Positions 31,007-41,305 of a stretch of DNA of 64,000 nucleotides are shown here, piece after piece. Positions within the stretch are counted from its first letter, which is position 1, and each line of letters starts with the position of its first letter. Under the pieces are notes generated by a model. It worked only from the letters and a program-made list of their open reading frames with translations, was not told the origin of the DNA and made no database searches. The stretch lies in contig CAVVEU010000011.1 in the NCBI GenBank assembly GCA_963747235.1, positions 1-64,000 of the forward strand. The letters are read 5' to 3'. The stretch is from an uncultured Candidatus Rokubacteria bacterium. GTDB lineage: Bacteria; Methylomirabilota; Methylomirabilia; Rokubacteriales; CSP1-6. A program made the position numbers and the translations under genes.

Positions 31007-31597
31007 GTGAGACGCGTCTCCCTCCTCCGGCTGATCGCGGTCTTCACCTGGACCGGCCTCTCGAGCCTCGGCGGTGGCCGGAGCGCCTACTTCCACGACG
31101 CGCTGGTGCGACGCCGCGGCTGGATCCGCCACGACGAGTTCGTGCAGGACTTCACGCTGAGCCAGGTGCTGCCCGGCCCCAACTTCAGCAATCTCGCGGT
31201 CGCCCTCGGCTACCGGCTCGCCGGCATGGCGGGCGGCATCTGGGGCCTGCTCGCGATCGTGCTGCCGGGCGCCGTCATCCTGGTGGGCGCGGCCACGCTC
31301 TACCTGCACGGCGCGTTCAGCGGCTCGGCCACGCTCCTGCTGCGCAGCCTGAGCGCGGCGGTGGTGGGGCTCGTGCTCGTCACCACCCTGCGCATCACGC
31401 GCGGCTCGCTCCGCGGCGGCCGCGGGATCGTGGTGGCCGCGCTCACCTTCCTGGCGGTGGGGCCGCTGCGCCTGCCCACCGTGGGCGTCGTGCTCGCGAT
31501 GGCGGCGGTGAGCCTGGCGCTGCACTGGACCGTGCCGGCGCCGCCGGCCCCCGCGACTCCGTCGGCCGAGACGGCCTCACCCGAGGAGATCTGCTGA
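31007..31597 (+). CDS. short-chain chromate transporter subunit (true start may be ATG 30975 with an indel)
   Basis: SSLGGG, LSQVLPGPN. Confidence 0.88.
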   Translation: MRRVSLLRLIAVFTWTGLSSLGGGRSAYFHDALVRRRGWIRHDEFVQDFTLSQVLPGPNFSNLAVALGYRLAGMAGGIWGLLAIVLPGAVILVGAATLYLHGAFSGSATLLLRSLSAAVVGLVLVTTLRITRGSLRGGRGIVVAALTFLAVGPLRLPTVGVVLAMAAVSLALHWTVPAPPAPATPSAETASPEEIC

Positions 31598-32118
31598 TGG
31601 CGGATCTCGCGATGCTCACCTGGACGTTTCTCTGGTTGAGCCTCCTCTGCGTGGGCGGCGGGCTCGGGGTGATCCCGGAGATGGAGCGGCAGTCGGTGAC
31701 CATCCACGGCTGGCTCACCGCGCGGGAGTTCGTGGATGGCTACACGCTCACGCAGCTCACGCCGGGCCCGAACATGCTCATCGCGGTCTTCGTGGGCTAC
31801 CGCGCCCACGGGGTGCTCGGCGGCCTCCTCGCCGGGCTCGCCATGTTCGTGCCCACCTCGATCCTGGCCATGGTCATCTCGCATCACTGGCAGCAGTGGC
31901 GCACCCGGCGCTGGGCCGCCATCGCGGAGCGGGCGCTGATTCCCGTCGGTGTCGGGCTCATGGCCGGCGGCGTGTACACGGTGGCGCGCACCGCGATCCA
32001 CGACGGCCTGACCCTGGCGCTCGCGGCGGTCACCGCGCTCGCGGTCACCTCGGATCGCGTGCCGCCGGTGCTCGCGGTGCTGGCCGCGGGCACGCTCGGC
32101 TGGTTTCTCTCGCGCTGA
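31597..32118 (+). CDS. short-chain chromate transporter subunit 2
   Basis: LCVGGG, LTQLTPGPN; TGATG coupling. Confidence 0.88.
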   Translation: MADLAMLTWTFLWLSLLCVGGGLGVIPEMERQSVTIHGWLTAREFVDGYTLTQLTPGPNMLIAVFVGYRAHGVLGGLLAGLAMFVPTSILAMVISHHWQQWRTRRWAAIAERALIPVGVGLMAGGVYTVARTAIHDGLTLALAAVTALAVTSDRVPPVLAVLAAGTLGWFLSR

Positions 32119-32212
32119 CGCCCCGCGCTTGACACCGCCGTCGCGGCGGGCATATCGTCGCCCCGGCTCACCGGTGTTGCGGTGCCCGCAGCCCTCGACG
32201 AGGAGGCATGCC

Positions 32213-33335
32213 ATGCTTCGTCAGCGCTCTCCGATCTCCCGCGGTGTCCTGATGGCCGTCGGCTGTCTCATCCTCCTCGCGATCGTCTCGGCGGCCTCGG
32301 TGACCGCGCAGCGGCTCGCCGACGGGCAGGCGCCGAAGTTCACGGTGGATCCCTTCTGGCCCAAGCCCCTGCCCAACCGCTGGCTCTTCGGCCAGGTGGC
32401 GGGCGTGGCGACCGACAGCCTCGACCACGTGTGGATCGTGCAGCGCCCGCGGTCGCTCACCGATGACGAGAAGGGCGCCACGCTGAATCCGCCGCGCAAC
32501 GAGTGCTGCGTGCCCGCGCCCGCGGTGATGGAGTTCGACAGCGAGGGCAACCTGCTCCAGGCCTGGGGCGGACCGGGGCCCGGCTACGACTGGCCGGCCA
32601 ACGAGCACGGCATCTTCGTGGACCAGGCCGGCAACGTGTGGCTGGCCGGCAACGGCGAGAAGGATCACCAGATCCTCAAGTTCGCGCGCGACGGCCGCTT
32701 CCTGCTGCAGATCGGCAAGCCGGCCTCGAGCGGCGGCGACACCGACACGCGGAACCTGAACCGGCCCGCCGACGTGCGGGTGGACGCCGCCGCCAACGAG
32801 CTGTACGTGGCCGACGGCTACGCCAACCACCGGATCATCGTGTTCGACGCCACCACCGGCGCCTACAAGCGCCACTGGGGCGCCAACGGGCGGCCGCCGG
32901 GCGACGCGAGCGTCAAGCAGTTCAAGAACCCGGTGCACTGCGTGCGCGTCGCGGCCGACGGGCTCGTCTACGTCTGCGACCGCATGAACAACCGGATCCA
33001 GGTCTTCAAGAAGGACGGCTCCTTCGTGGAGGAGTTCACGCTGGCGACCTCCACCGGCGGCAACGGCTCGGTGTGGGACCTCGACTTCTCGCGCGACGCG
33101 GCCCAGAGCTACCTCTACGTGGCCGACGGCGAGAACAACCACGTGTGGATGCTCTCGCGCGACCTCCGGCAAGGTGCTCTCGCGCTTCGGGCGCAGCGGC
33201 CGCTACGCGGGCCAGCTCCACTGGATCCACAACATGGCGGTGGACTCGCGCGGCAACATCTACACCACCGAGGTGGACACCGCCAAGCGCGTCCAGAAGT
33301 TCGTCTTCCAGGGCCTCTTCCCGATCTCCGACTGA
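32213..33335 (+). CDS. secreted NHL-repeat beta-propeller (PAL-like), indel near 33165
   Basis: VDPFWPKPLP, HGIFVD, YVADGYANHR, VHCV, YVCDRMNNRIQVF. Confidence 0.85.
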
Positions 33336-33343
33336 CCTCCTCT

Positions 33344-33392
33344 CCTCTCCCCTCTGGGGAGAGGGCAGGGTGAGGGGCGCGAGGGTGAGGGG
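33344..33392. repeat. REP singlet (reverse orientation) plus partial copy
   Basis: CCTCTCCCCTCTGGGGAGAGGGCAGGGTGAGGGG..GAGGGTGAGGGG. Confidence 0.85.
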
Positions 33393-33412
33393 TCGAAGGC
33401 CGTCGCGGTAAG

Positions 33413-34474
33413 ATGGACGCGCCCATGCTCACCCCCGCCGAGCACGCCCCGCTCGCACCGCACTGCACGCTCCGCCTCGGCGGCCCCGCCCGCTACCTGG
33501 TCGAGGCCACCGACGAGGCCACCGTCGCGGAGGCCGTCCAGTGGGCCGCGGCCCGCACGCTGCCGGTGCGCGTCCTCGGCGGCGGCTCCAACCTGGTCAT
33601 CGCCGACGAGGGCGTGGACGGCCTCGTCCTCAAGATCGCCCTCCGCGGCGTGACCGCGCGCGAGATCCCCGGCGCGGTGGAGGTGACGGCCGCCGCGGGC
33701 GAGCCGTGGGACGACTTCGTGCGCCACACGGTGGAGCGCGGCTGGGCCGGGCTCGAGTGCCTGAGCGGCATTCCCGGCCTGGTGGGCGCCACGCCGATCC
33801 AGAACGTGGGCGCCTACGGCCAGGAGGTGAGCGACACGCTCGCCGCGGTGCGCGCGCTCGACCGCGAGAGCGGCCGCGTCGTGACGCTCGCGCCCGCCGA
33901 GTGCGGCTTCGGCTACCGCGACAGCCTCTTCAAGAGCCGCGCCCCCGGCCGCTACGTCGTCCTCGCCGCCACCTACCGGCTCGTCCCGGGCGGGGCGCCC
34001 TATCTCGGCTACGCCGACATCGCGCGCGAGATCGGGAGCGCGTCGCCCCCGCTGGCCACCGTGCGCGAGACCGTGATCCGGGTGCGCCGCTCCAAGTCCA
34101 TGGTGCTCGACCCGGGCGATCCGAACGCGCGGAGCTGCGGCTCCTTCTTCCTGAATCCCATCGTGGACGCGGCCGCGCTCGCCGCGATCGACGCGCGCGC
34201 GGCCGGCCTCTCCATGCCGCGCTGGCCGCAGCCCGACGGCCGCGTGAAGCTCTCCGCCGCCTGGCTGATCGAGCGCGCCGGCTTCACGCGCGGGCAGAGC
34301 GAGGGGCCGGTCGGCCTCTCCACGCGCCACACGCTCGCCATCGTCTGCCACGACGGCGCGCGCGCCCGCGACGTCACCGCCTTCGCCCGCCGCGTGCGGG
34401 CGGGCGTCGAGGCGCGCTTCGGCGTGCGCCTGCACCCCGAGCCCATCTTCTGGGGTACCCTGAGCCTCGACTGA
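33413..34474 (+). CDS. murB: UDP-N-acetylenolpyruvoylglucosamine reductase
   Basis: LGGGSNL, GLECLSGIPG, PIQNVGAYG, FGYRDS, SCGSFFLNP, LHPEP. Confidence 0.96.
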   Translation: MDAPMLTPAEHAPLAPHCTLRLGGPARYLVEATDEATVAEAVQWAAARTLPVRVLGGGSNLVIADEGVDGLVLKIALRGVTAREIPGAVEVTAAAGEPWDDFVRHTVERGWAGLECLSGIPGLVGATPIQNVGAYGQEVSDTLAAVRALDRESGRVVTLAPAECGFGYRDSLFKSRAPGRYVVLAATYRLVPGGAPYLGYADIAREIGSASPPLATVRETVIRVRRSKSMVLDPGDPNARSCGSFFLNPIVDAAALAAIDARAAGLSMPRWPQPDGRVKLSAAWLIERAGFTRGQSEGPVGLSTRHTLAIVCHDGARARDVTAFARRVRAGVEARFGVRLHPEPIFWGTLSLD

Positions 34475-34499
34475 ATCACCGTCCACTGAAGGAGTGTCC

Positions 34500-35666
34500 A
34501 TGAAGATCACCGCCGTCCGCGCCACCTGGCTCCGCGCCCCCATTCCCGCCGAGCACGCGCACGTCAGCGACTTCGGCCGCAACGACACCTTCAACATGTG
34601 CCTGGTCGAGATCGAGACCAACACCGGGCTGCTCGGGCTCGGCGAGGCCAAGGCCGCGGTCGGCAATCTCGGCAACTACGCGGCGATGGTGACGTTGATC
34701 CGCGAGGAGATGGGGCCCGCCATCGTGGGCCGCGATCCGCGCGACATCACCGCGATCTGGGAGCTGCTCTACAACGGCTCGCGCGCCCGCTACGCCGCGC
34801 GCGAGGGGCGGACCTTTCCCACCATCGGCCGGCGCGGGCTCGCGATGAGCGCGATGAGCGGCATCGACATCGCGTGCTGGGATCTCCTCGGGCGCTCGGT
34901 GGGCCAGCCGGTGTGGCGGCTCCTGGGCGGGCAGTACCGCGACCGGATCCCGGCCTACGCGAGCGGGGGCTGGGCGCCGGTGGGGGCGATCGGCAAGCAG
35001 ATGACCCAGTACGTGGAGCGCGGGCACCGCGCGGTGAAGCTGCGGGTGGGACTGCAAGACAAGAGCGTGGACGATTCGGCCGCGCGCGTGCGCGAGGTGC
35101 GCGAGACGCTCGGGCCCGACGTGGGCATCATGGTGGACGCGCACGGCACCTGGAGCGTGCGCGAGGCCATGCGCTTCGCGCGCAAGGTCGAGGACTGCGA
35201 CCTCGGCTGGTTCGAGGAGCCGGTGTCCTCCGAGAATCTCGAGGGCCAGGCGGAGGTGCGCGCCTCCACCGACATCCCGATCGCGGCGGGGGAGAGCGAG
35301 CAGACACGCTTCGCCTTCCGCGACATGATCGCGGCCCGCGCGGTGGACGTGTGCCAGCCCGACGTGGCCATCGCGGGCGGGATCACCGAGACCCAGCGCA
35401 TCGCCGCGCTCGCGGCCGCCCACGATCTCACGGTGGCGCCGCACCTCTGGGGCTCGGCCATCCTCTTCGCGGCGGGCCTGCACCTCGCGGTGTCCACGCC
35501 GTGCGTGAACCTGCTCGAGTTCTCCCGCGGGCACAATCCGCTGCTGAACGACCTCGTGGAGGAGCGCGTGGAGCTCGAGGACGGCCACGTGCTGGCGCCC
35601 GCCGGTCCCGGGCTCGGCCTCACGCTGCGCCGCGATTTCGTGGCGAGGGTGGCAGTTTCGGCCTAA
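34500..35666 (+). CDS. mandelate racemase/muconate lactonizing enzyme family
   Basis: SGIDIACWD, KLRVG, MVDAH, WFEEP, AAGESE, QPD, APH. Confidence 0.92.
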   Translation: MKITAVRATWLRAPIPAEHAHVSDFGRNDTFNMCLVEIETNTGLLGLGEAKAAVGNLGNYAAMVTLIREEMGPAIVGRDPRDITAIWELLYNGSRARYAAREGRTFPTIGRRGLAMSAMSGIDIACWDLLGRSVGQPVWRLLGGQYRDRIPAYASGGWAPVGAIGKQMTQYVERGHRAVKLRVGLQDKSVDDSAARVREVRETLGPDVGIMVDAHGTWSVREAMRFARKVEDCDLGWFEEPVSSENLEGQAEVRASTDIPIAAGESEQTRFAFRDMIAARAVDVCQPDVAIAGGITETQRIAALAAAHDLTVAPHLWGSAILFAAGLHLAVSTPCVNLLEFSRGHNPLLNDLVEERVELEDGHVLAPAGPGLGLTLRRDFVARVAVSA

Positions 35667-35737
35667 CCGGCCGGATAATCACGCGCTTTTAAGACCAGCA
35701 CCAGGAATGCCTTGGGGCTACCGTAGAGGCACCCCCG

Positions 35738-38700
35738 ATGGATCCAGAACGCATCCTGGTCCTAGACGATGAGCCCGAGGTCGCCGCCTTCCTGGCTGAG
35801 TTCCTGGAGCGGCTTGGCTACGACGTCGTGACGGCCCACTCTGGCGCCGACGGCCTCGCGATTCTCCGCGAAGGACGCGTGGGGCTGCTGTTGCTCGATC
35901 TCCGGCTCGGGGACATGGACGGCAGCCAGGTGATGGAGGAGGTCCAGAAGCTGCGTTCGCCGCCCGACATCGTCTGCGTGACCGGGGAAGCGAGCCTCGA
36001 CGCTGCCATCAAGGCGGTGGAAGGCGGGACCGCCGGCTACATCCTCAAGCCGGTGGATCCTGCCCGGCTCGAGCCGATCGTGCGCCGGATCTGGGAGCGC
36101 CGCCGGTTGCTTCGCGAGAACATCCAATTGCAGGCTGAGATGGAGGTCCGGCTCAAGGAGACCGAGGCGGTCCTGGCCATCGCGCACACCGCCAGCACCA
36201 CGCTCGATGTGCAGGAGGCGTTGCGCCGGATCTGCCGGGAGCTGACGCGCCTGATCGGCGCCGACACCGGCGCGGCGTACCTGCTCGATCCCGGCGCCCC
36301 GCGACTCGTTCCGTGCGCCGGCTATCGCGTCCCGAAGGACATGCTCGCCACGTTCCTCGCCTTTCCGCTCCCGCTCGACGAGCAGGGCTTCGTGGAGGTC
36401 TGGGCGGCCCGGCGGCCGGTTTTCTCCGACAACGTGCCCGCCGATCCGCGCTTCAGCTATCAGCTCTTCAAGCTCTTTCGTCATCAGTCGGGCCTGGTAC
36501 TCCCGCTGCTCCTCGACGAGGAAGTGGCGGGCGCCTTCTACATGGTCTGGTGGACGAAGCGGAAGGTGCTGACCGAGCGTGAGCTCTCGCTCGTGCATCA
36601 CGTGGCCTCGCAGGTCACGGTGGTGCTGCGCCACGCCCGGCTCTTCGACCAGGCGCAGCGGGAGCGCAAGCGGCTCGCCGTCCTCTACGAGATCTCGCGG
36701 CGGCTGGCCGCCGCCGAGGACACCGGGCAGGTGCTGTCACTCCTGATCGAGGAGACGGTCGGGTTGCTGGCGGTGGAGGCGGCGGGGATCCGTCTCCTGG
36801 AGGGCGAGGACCTCGTGGTGGGCGCGCGAACCCGGTCCGCCGCGCGGATCATGGCCCGCCCGCGAATCCGGGTGGGGGAGAGCCTGAGCGGGATCGTGGT
36901 GGCGACCGGCCAGCCGGTGGCGGTTGAGGATCTCCAGAACGACACTCGCTACGATGCTGCTCACAAGGCGGGCGCGATCCAGGAGGGTTTCCAGGGATTC
37001 CTGGGCGTGCCGCTCCAGATCAGCGGGCGAACCATCGGCTGTCTCCTCGTCTTCAGCAAGAATCGACGGCGGTTCAGCTCCGAGGACATCTCGCTCCTGA
37101 CCGCTCTCGGCGACCACGCGTCCGTGGCCATTCACAAGGCGCGTCTGTACGCGGAGAGCCGTGCGCGCGAGGCGGAGGTGACCAAGCTCTACGAGGTCAC
37201 CGCACACCTGACCGCCACGCTCGACGTGGACTCGGTGCTGGACCAGATCGTCGCCAAGACTATCGACCTGCTCGCCTGTGATGCATCCGGTGTCTATGTG
37301 TCCGACGAGTCGCGGGGCGGCCTGGCCTTCCGTCGCGGCCTCCACCTCACGGCCGGCCACACCCCGGATCTCGTGCTGAAGTTCGGCGAGGGGATCGCCG
37401 GGCGCGCGTTCCAGGAGCGCCGGCCCGCGAGCACTGCCGATCGTCTCGCCGATCCGTCATTGCGCTACGCCAAGGCGACGGACCAGGTCTTCCAGCAAGG
37501 CCCCAGAGCGTATCTCGCGGTTCCAATCGTGGTCCGAGACGAAGCTCTCGGAGTGCTGATGGCCTACTTCTTCGAGCCCCACGCGTTCTCCGACAAAGAG
37601 GCGCAGCTGCTGGCGGCCCTGGCCGCCCACGCGGGGATCGCGATGGACAATGCGCGGCACCACGAGGAGGTCAGGCTCCAGCAGAGCCGTCTCGCCCAGA
37701 TCTTCGACTCCACCTCCGACGGGATGCTGCTGGTCGCGCCCGACGGTCAGGTCGAGACGGCCAACCGGCGCGCGGGTGACATGCTCGGGCTCGACGCGGC
37801 CGACCTGGTCGGCGCCGAGCTCACCGAGCTGCTGGCCGGGCAGCGAAACGAGGGCGCCGAGTACCAGCGGATGTTCGCGGCCCTCCGCTCGCTGGTGAAC
37901 GATCCGGAACACGGTGGGCAGGGCGACCTCGAGCTTCGTGCTTTGCGCCGCACCATCCACTGGATGTCCCAGCCCACCAAGGACAGCGCCGGTTCCACTT
38001 GTGGCTTCACCCTCACCTTCCACGACGTGACCCACGAACGAGAGGTGAGTCGGATGAAGTCCGATTTCGTCTCGTTCGTGACCCACCAGCTCCGCACGCC
38101 GCTGGCCGGGATCCGGTGGATGCTCGAGCTGGCCGCTCAGGATCCCGACGTCCCCGCCGACGCGGCGTCCTACGTCCAGGATGCGCGAGAGGCGGCGCAG
38201 CGGCTGATCCAGCTCGTGAACGATCTCCTCGACATCTCTCGGCTCGAGCGGGGGAAGCTCACGGTGGCCGCAACGCCGATCGATCTGGGGGAGCTCACGC
38301 GAGGCGTGCTGGCCGAGATGTCGGTGCTCGTGCAGGAGAAGGCGCATCGCGTGTCGCTGGCCGGCGATGCGAACGCTCCGCGCGTGCTGGCGGATCCTCA
38401 GCTCGTGCGCCAGGTGGTCGTGAACCTCGTCTCGAACGCCATCAAGTACACGCCGAAGGCCGGCACGATCGAGATCCACCTCGATCCGGATGGGACGGCC
38501 CTCCGCTGGTCGATCCGCGACAGCGGGGTCGGGGTCCCGGGGCTGGCGCAGCCGAGGCTGTTCGAGAAATTCTACCGGGCCGACAACGTGGTAACGCTGG
38601 AAACCGAAGGCACCGGACTCGGCCTGTATCTGGTGCGCTTGATCATGGAGCAGCTCGGTGGCCGGGTGTGGTGCGAGTCCGAGGAGGGCGCGGGGGCCAC

Positions 38701-38740
38701 CTTCCTCTTCACGCTGCCGCTGGCGGAGACGGCAGGATGA
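35738..38740 (+). CDS. hybrid sensor histidine kinase REC-GAF-GAF-GAF-PAS-HisKA-HATPase (soluble)
   Basis: VLDDE..LLDL..KP receiver; three GAF-like repeats; THQLRTPL H-box; NAIKY, DSGVG, GTGLGL. Confidence 0.92.
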   Translation: MDPERILVLDDEPEVAAFLAEFLERLGYDVVTAHSGADGLAILREGRVGLLLLDLRLGDMDGSQVMEEVQKLRSPPDIVCVTGEASLDAAIKAVEGGTAGYILKPVDPARLEPIVRRIWERRRLLRENIQLQAEMEVRLKETEAVLAIAHTASTTLDVQEALRRICRELTRLIGADTGAAYLLDPGAPRLVPCAGYRVPKDMLATFLAFPLPLDEQGFVEVWAARRPVFSDNVPADPRFSYQLFKLFRHQSGLVLPLLLDEEVAGAFYMVWWTKRKVLTERELSLVHHVASQVTVVLRHARLFDQAQRERKRLAVLYEISRRLAAAEDTGQVLSLLIEETVGLLAVEAAGIRLLEGEDLVVGARTRSAARIMARPRIRVGESLSGIVVATGQPVAVEDLQNDTRYDAAHKAGAIQEGFQGFLGVPLQISGRTIGCLLVFSKNRRRFSSEDISLLTALGDHASVAIHKARLYAESRAREAEVTKLYEVTAHLTATLDVDSVLDQIVAKTIDLLACDASGVYVSDESRGGLAFRRGLHLTAGHTPDLVLKFGEGIAGRAFQERRPASTADRLADPSLRYAKATDQVFQQGPRAYLAVPIVVRDEALGVLMAYFFEPHAFSDKEAQLLAALAAHAGIAMDNARHHEEVRLQQSRLAQIFDSTSDGMLLVAPDGQVETANRRAGDMLGLDAADLVGAELTELLAGQRNEGAEYQRMFAALRSLVNDPEHGGQGDLELRALRRTIHWMSQPTKDSAGSTCGFTLTFHDVTHEREVSRMKSDFVSFVTHQLRTPLAGIRWMLELAAQDPDVPADAASYVQDAREAAQRLIQLVNDLLDISRLERGKLTVAATPIDLGELTRGVLAEMSVLVQEKAHRVSLAGDANAPRVLADPQLVRQVVVNLVSNAIKYTPKAGTIEIHLDPDGTALRWSIRDSGVGVPGLAQPRLFEKFYRADNVVTLETEGTGLGLYLVRLIMEQLGGRVWCESEEGAGATFLFTLPLAETAG

Positions 38741-39120
38741 CCCCGCGGCGCATCCTTCTGGTGGAGGACGATCGCTTCCTGCGCCGGGCCTGCGAGATCA
38801 GCCTCCGCCAACGCGGCTTCGTGGTCACCACCGCGGCCGACGGCGAGGAGGCACTCCGCAAAGTACGAGCGGAGACGCCCGACTTGATCCTGCTCGATCT
38901 CCTCATGCCGAAGATGACGGGGACGGAGGTCCTGAAAGCGCTGAGGGCCGAAGAGGCCACAAGGGAGATTCGCGTGCTGATCCTCTCCAATTCGTCGCGT
39001 GAGCAGGATGTCGAGGAGATCAAGACCCTCGGCGTGTCCGGGTATTTCGTCAAGGCGGACCTGTCGCTGCAGGAGCTGGGCGATATGGTGGCGCGCCTTC
39101 TGGAGCCTGACCATGGGTGA
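38737..39120 (+). CDS. single-domain response regulator 1
   Basis: LLVEDD, LILLDLLMP, LSN, FVKAD; ATGA overlap. Confidence 0.92.
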   Translation: MTPRRILLVEDDRFLRRACEISLRQRGFVVTTAADGEEALRKVRAETPDLILLDLLMPKMTGTEVLKALRAEEATREIRVLILSNSSREQDVEEIKTLGVSGYFVKADLSLQELGDMVARLLEPDHG

Positions 39121-39499
39121 GCCGACTCGGCGAATCCTGCTGGCGGAAGACGATCGGTTCCTTCGCAAGGCCGCGGAGACCGCGCTCAAGCGCCAGGGGT
39201 TCACCGTGCTGACGGCGGTCGACGGGGAAGAGGCGCTGCGGGTGGCGCGGGCCGAAGCGCCCGACCTGATCCTGCTCGATCTGATCATGCCGAAGCTGCA
39301 GGGTTTCGAGGTGCTGCGCGCGCTGAAAGCCGATGCGGCGACCGCCGCCACTCCGGTGATCATCCTGAGCAACCTGGGGCAGGATAGCGACGTGAAGCAG
39401 GCGATGGAGGCGGGCGCGGCCGGGTACTTCGTGAAAGCCAACCTGTCGCTGCAGGATCTGGTCAAGCGGGTCGGCGAGATGCTGGGGGGGACCGGCTGA
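39113..39499 (+). CDS. single-domain response regulator 2
   Basis: LLAEDD, LILLDLIMP, ILSNLGQ, FVKANLS. Confidence 0.92.
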   Translation: MGEPTRRILLAEDDRFLRKAAETALKRQGFTVLTAVDGEEALRVARAEAPDLILLDLIMPKLQGFEVLRALKADAATAATPVIILSNLGQDSDVKQAMEAGAAGYFVKANLSLQDLVKRVGEMLGGTG

Positions 39500-41304
39500 T
39501 GGCGGGCATCGTTTCCGACGAGGAGCTCCGGACCCTGATCGTCCAGCAGCTCGAGCTGGTGGACGCGGCCGAGTTCGAGAAGGCGCAGCAGATGGCGGTG
39601 CGGCTGAAGATCCCACTCGAGCGCGCCCTCGCCGAGCGGGGCCGCATCCCGCTCGCCTTCCTGCTCGCCCAGCTCGCCCAGGCCTGGGAGGTGGGGTTCA
39701 TCGAGCTGAAGGTCGGCGACGTGCAGCTCGACGCGCTGCAGGCCGTTCGCGAGGAGTATGCGCGGAGTCACGGGGTGGTGCCCTTCGAGCGCCACGACCG
39801 GACGCTGAAGGTGGCGATGGTCAATCCGCGCGACAAGTTGATCATCCGCGAGGTGTCCCAGATGACCAAGTGCGAGGTCGTTCCGTACCTGGCTCCGGAG
39901 GGCAACATCCGGCGCGCCCAGCTCCTCTACAAGGGGAACCTGCGCGACATGCTCGAGCGCTCCGCGCTCCGCGCCAGCACCGCTATCAATTCGACCGCCA
40001 AGGCGGGGACCGCACCGGCCGGCCCGGGCGCCCAGTGGCACGGGGCCGACCCCGCCGGGCGCCGGCTGGCGGCGCCCCCGGAGGCGTCGGCGGCCGACCT
40101 GGTCACCCGCATCCTCGAGTACGCGGTGGTAACGCGGGCTTCCGACATCCACATCGAGCCCTACGAGCTCGAAACCCTGGTCCGCTACCGGATCGACGGC
40201 GTGCTCCACGAGGTGCTGACCTTGCCCCCCGCCGCGCACCCGTCGCTGGCGGCCCGCATCAAGATCCTGAGCGCGATGCGCATCGACGAGCATCGCATCG
40301 CGCAGGACGGCCGCTTCGAGGCCGACCTCTCGGGCTTCGTGGTCGACCTGCGCGTGTCCTCGGTGCCGACCCAGTGGGGCGAGAAGGTGGTCATCCGGGT
40401 GCTCTCGCGCGAGTCGGCCTCGGCGGACCTGGACGACCTGGGGCTGGCTTCGGTCGACTACGAGCTGCTGATCAAGGGCCTGCTGCGGCCGTTCGGGATG
40501 ATTCTGGTGACGGGGCCGACCGGCTCCGGCAAGTCCACCACGCTGTACGCGATGCTGAGGCGTTTGTCCGTCGAGCGGCAGAACGCGGTGAACATCTCGA
40601 CGGTCGAGGATCCCATCGAGTACACGATGCCACGGGTGACCCAGATTCCGCTGAACGCGGCAGCCGGGTTCGACTTCGCGAGCGCGCTGCGGGCACTGCT
40701 CCGGCAGGACCCCGACGTGATCATGGTCGGCGAGATCCGGGACAGCGAGACGGTGTCCATCGGGGTGCGGGCCGCGCTGGTGGGGCGGCTCTTCCTCTCC
40801 ACGCTGCACACAAACGACGCGACCTCCGCGGTCCCGCGGCTGCTCGACATGGGGGTCGAGCCGTTCCTCCTCGCTTCGACCCTCGTCCTCGTGATGGCCC
40901 AGCGTCTCGCGCGCCGCATCTGCGTGGCCTGCCGCGAGAGCGCGGCGCCGGCGCCGGGGGTGCTGGCCGCGCTGCGCACGCGACCCGACTTCGAGCGGAG
41001 CGTCGGGGTGCTGCAGACCCAGGGCGTGCTCGGGCAGGGGAGCGATCCGTTCGCGGCCGTCCGCATCTTCCGCGGACGCGGCTGCGCCCAGTGCCAGGAC
41101 AGCGGCTTCCGCGGGCGCATCGGGGTCTTCGAGCTGTTCGAGGTGCAAGAGGAGACACGGCAGCTCATCATGGAGCGGCGCGACGGCGGCGCCCTCCGGG
41201 CCGCCGCCACCCGGGCCGGCATGCGGACCATGTTCGAGGACGGCCTCGCCAAGGTCCTGCTCGGCGAGACCACGCTGGAAGAGGTGTACCGGGTCGCGCT
41301 CTAG
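39499..41304 (+). CDS. GspE/PilB-family assembly ATPase
   Basis: ASDIHIEP, QDGRF, GPTGSGKS, EDPIEY, LRQDPDVIMVGEIRD, STLHTND, CxxC...CxxC. Confidence 0.95.
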   Translation: MAGIVSDEELRTLIVQQLELVDAAEFEKAQQMAVRLKIPLERALAERGRIPLAFLLAQLAQAWEVGFIELKVGDVQLDALQAVREEYARSHGVVPFERHDRTLKVAMVNPRDKLIIREVSQMTKCEVVPYLAPEGNIRRAQLLYKGNLRDMLERSALRASTAINSTAKAGTAPAGPGAQWHGADPAGRRLAAPPEASAADLVTRILEYAVVTRASDIHIEPYELETLVRYRIDGVLHEVLTLPPAAHPSLAARIKILSAMRIDEHRIAQDGRFEADLSGFVVDLRVSSVPTQWGEKVVIRVLSRESASADLDDLGLASVDYELLIKGLLRPFGMILVTGPTGSGKSTTLYAMLRRLSVERQNAVNISTVEDPIEYTMPRVTQIPLNAAAGFDFASALRALLRQDPDVIMVGEIRDSETVSIGVRAALVGRLFLSTLHTNDATSAVPRLLDMGVEPFLLASTLVLVMAQRLARRICVACRESAAPAPGVLAALRTRPDFERSVGVLQTQGVLGQGSDPFAAVRIFRGRGCAQCQDSGFRGRIGVFELFEVQEETRQLIMERRDGGALRAAATRAGMRTMFEDGLAKVLLGETTLEEVYRVAL

Positions 41305-41305
41305 G

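Noticed and set aside
33413-34474. murB outside a dcw cluster as unusual
   Set aside because: Stand-alone murB is common in many phyla.
38572-41148. Long antisense ORFs (858 aa here and many similar) as overlapping genes
   Set aside because: Shadow ORFs expected in high-GC coding DNA; no motifs, and the opposite strand holds clear genes.
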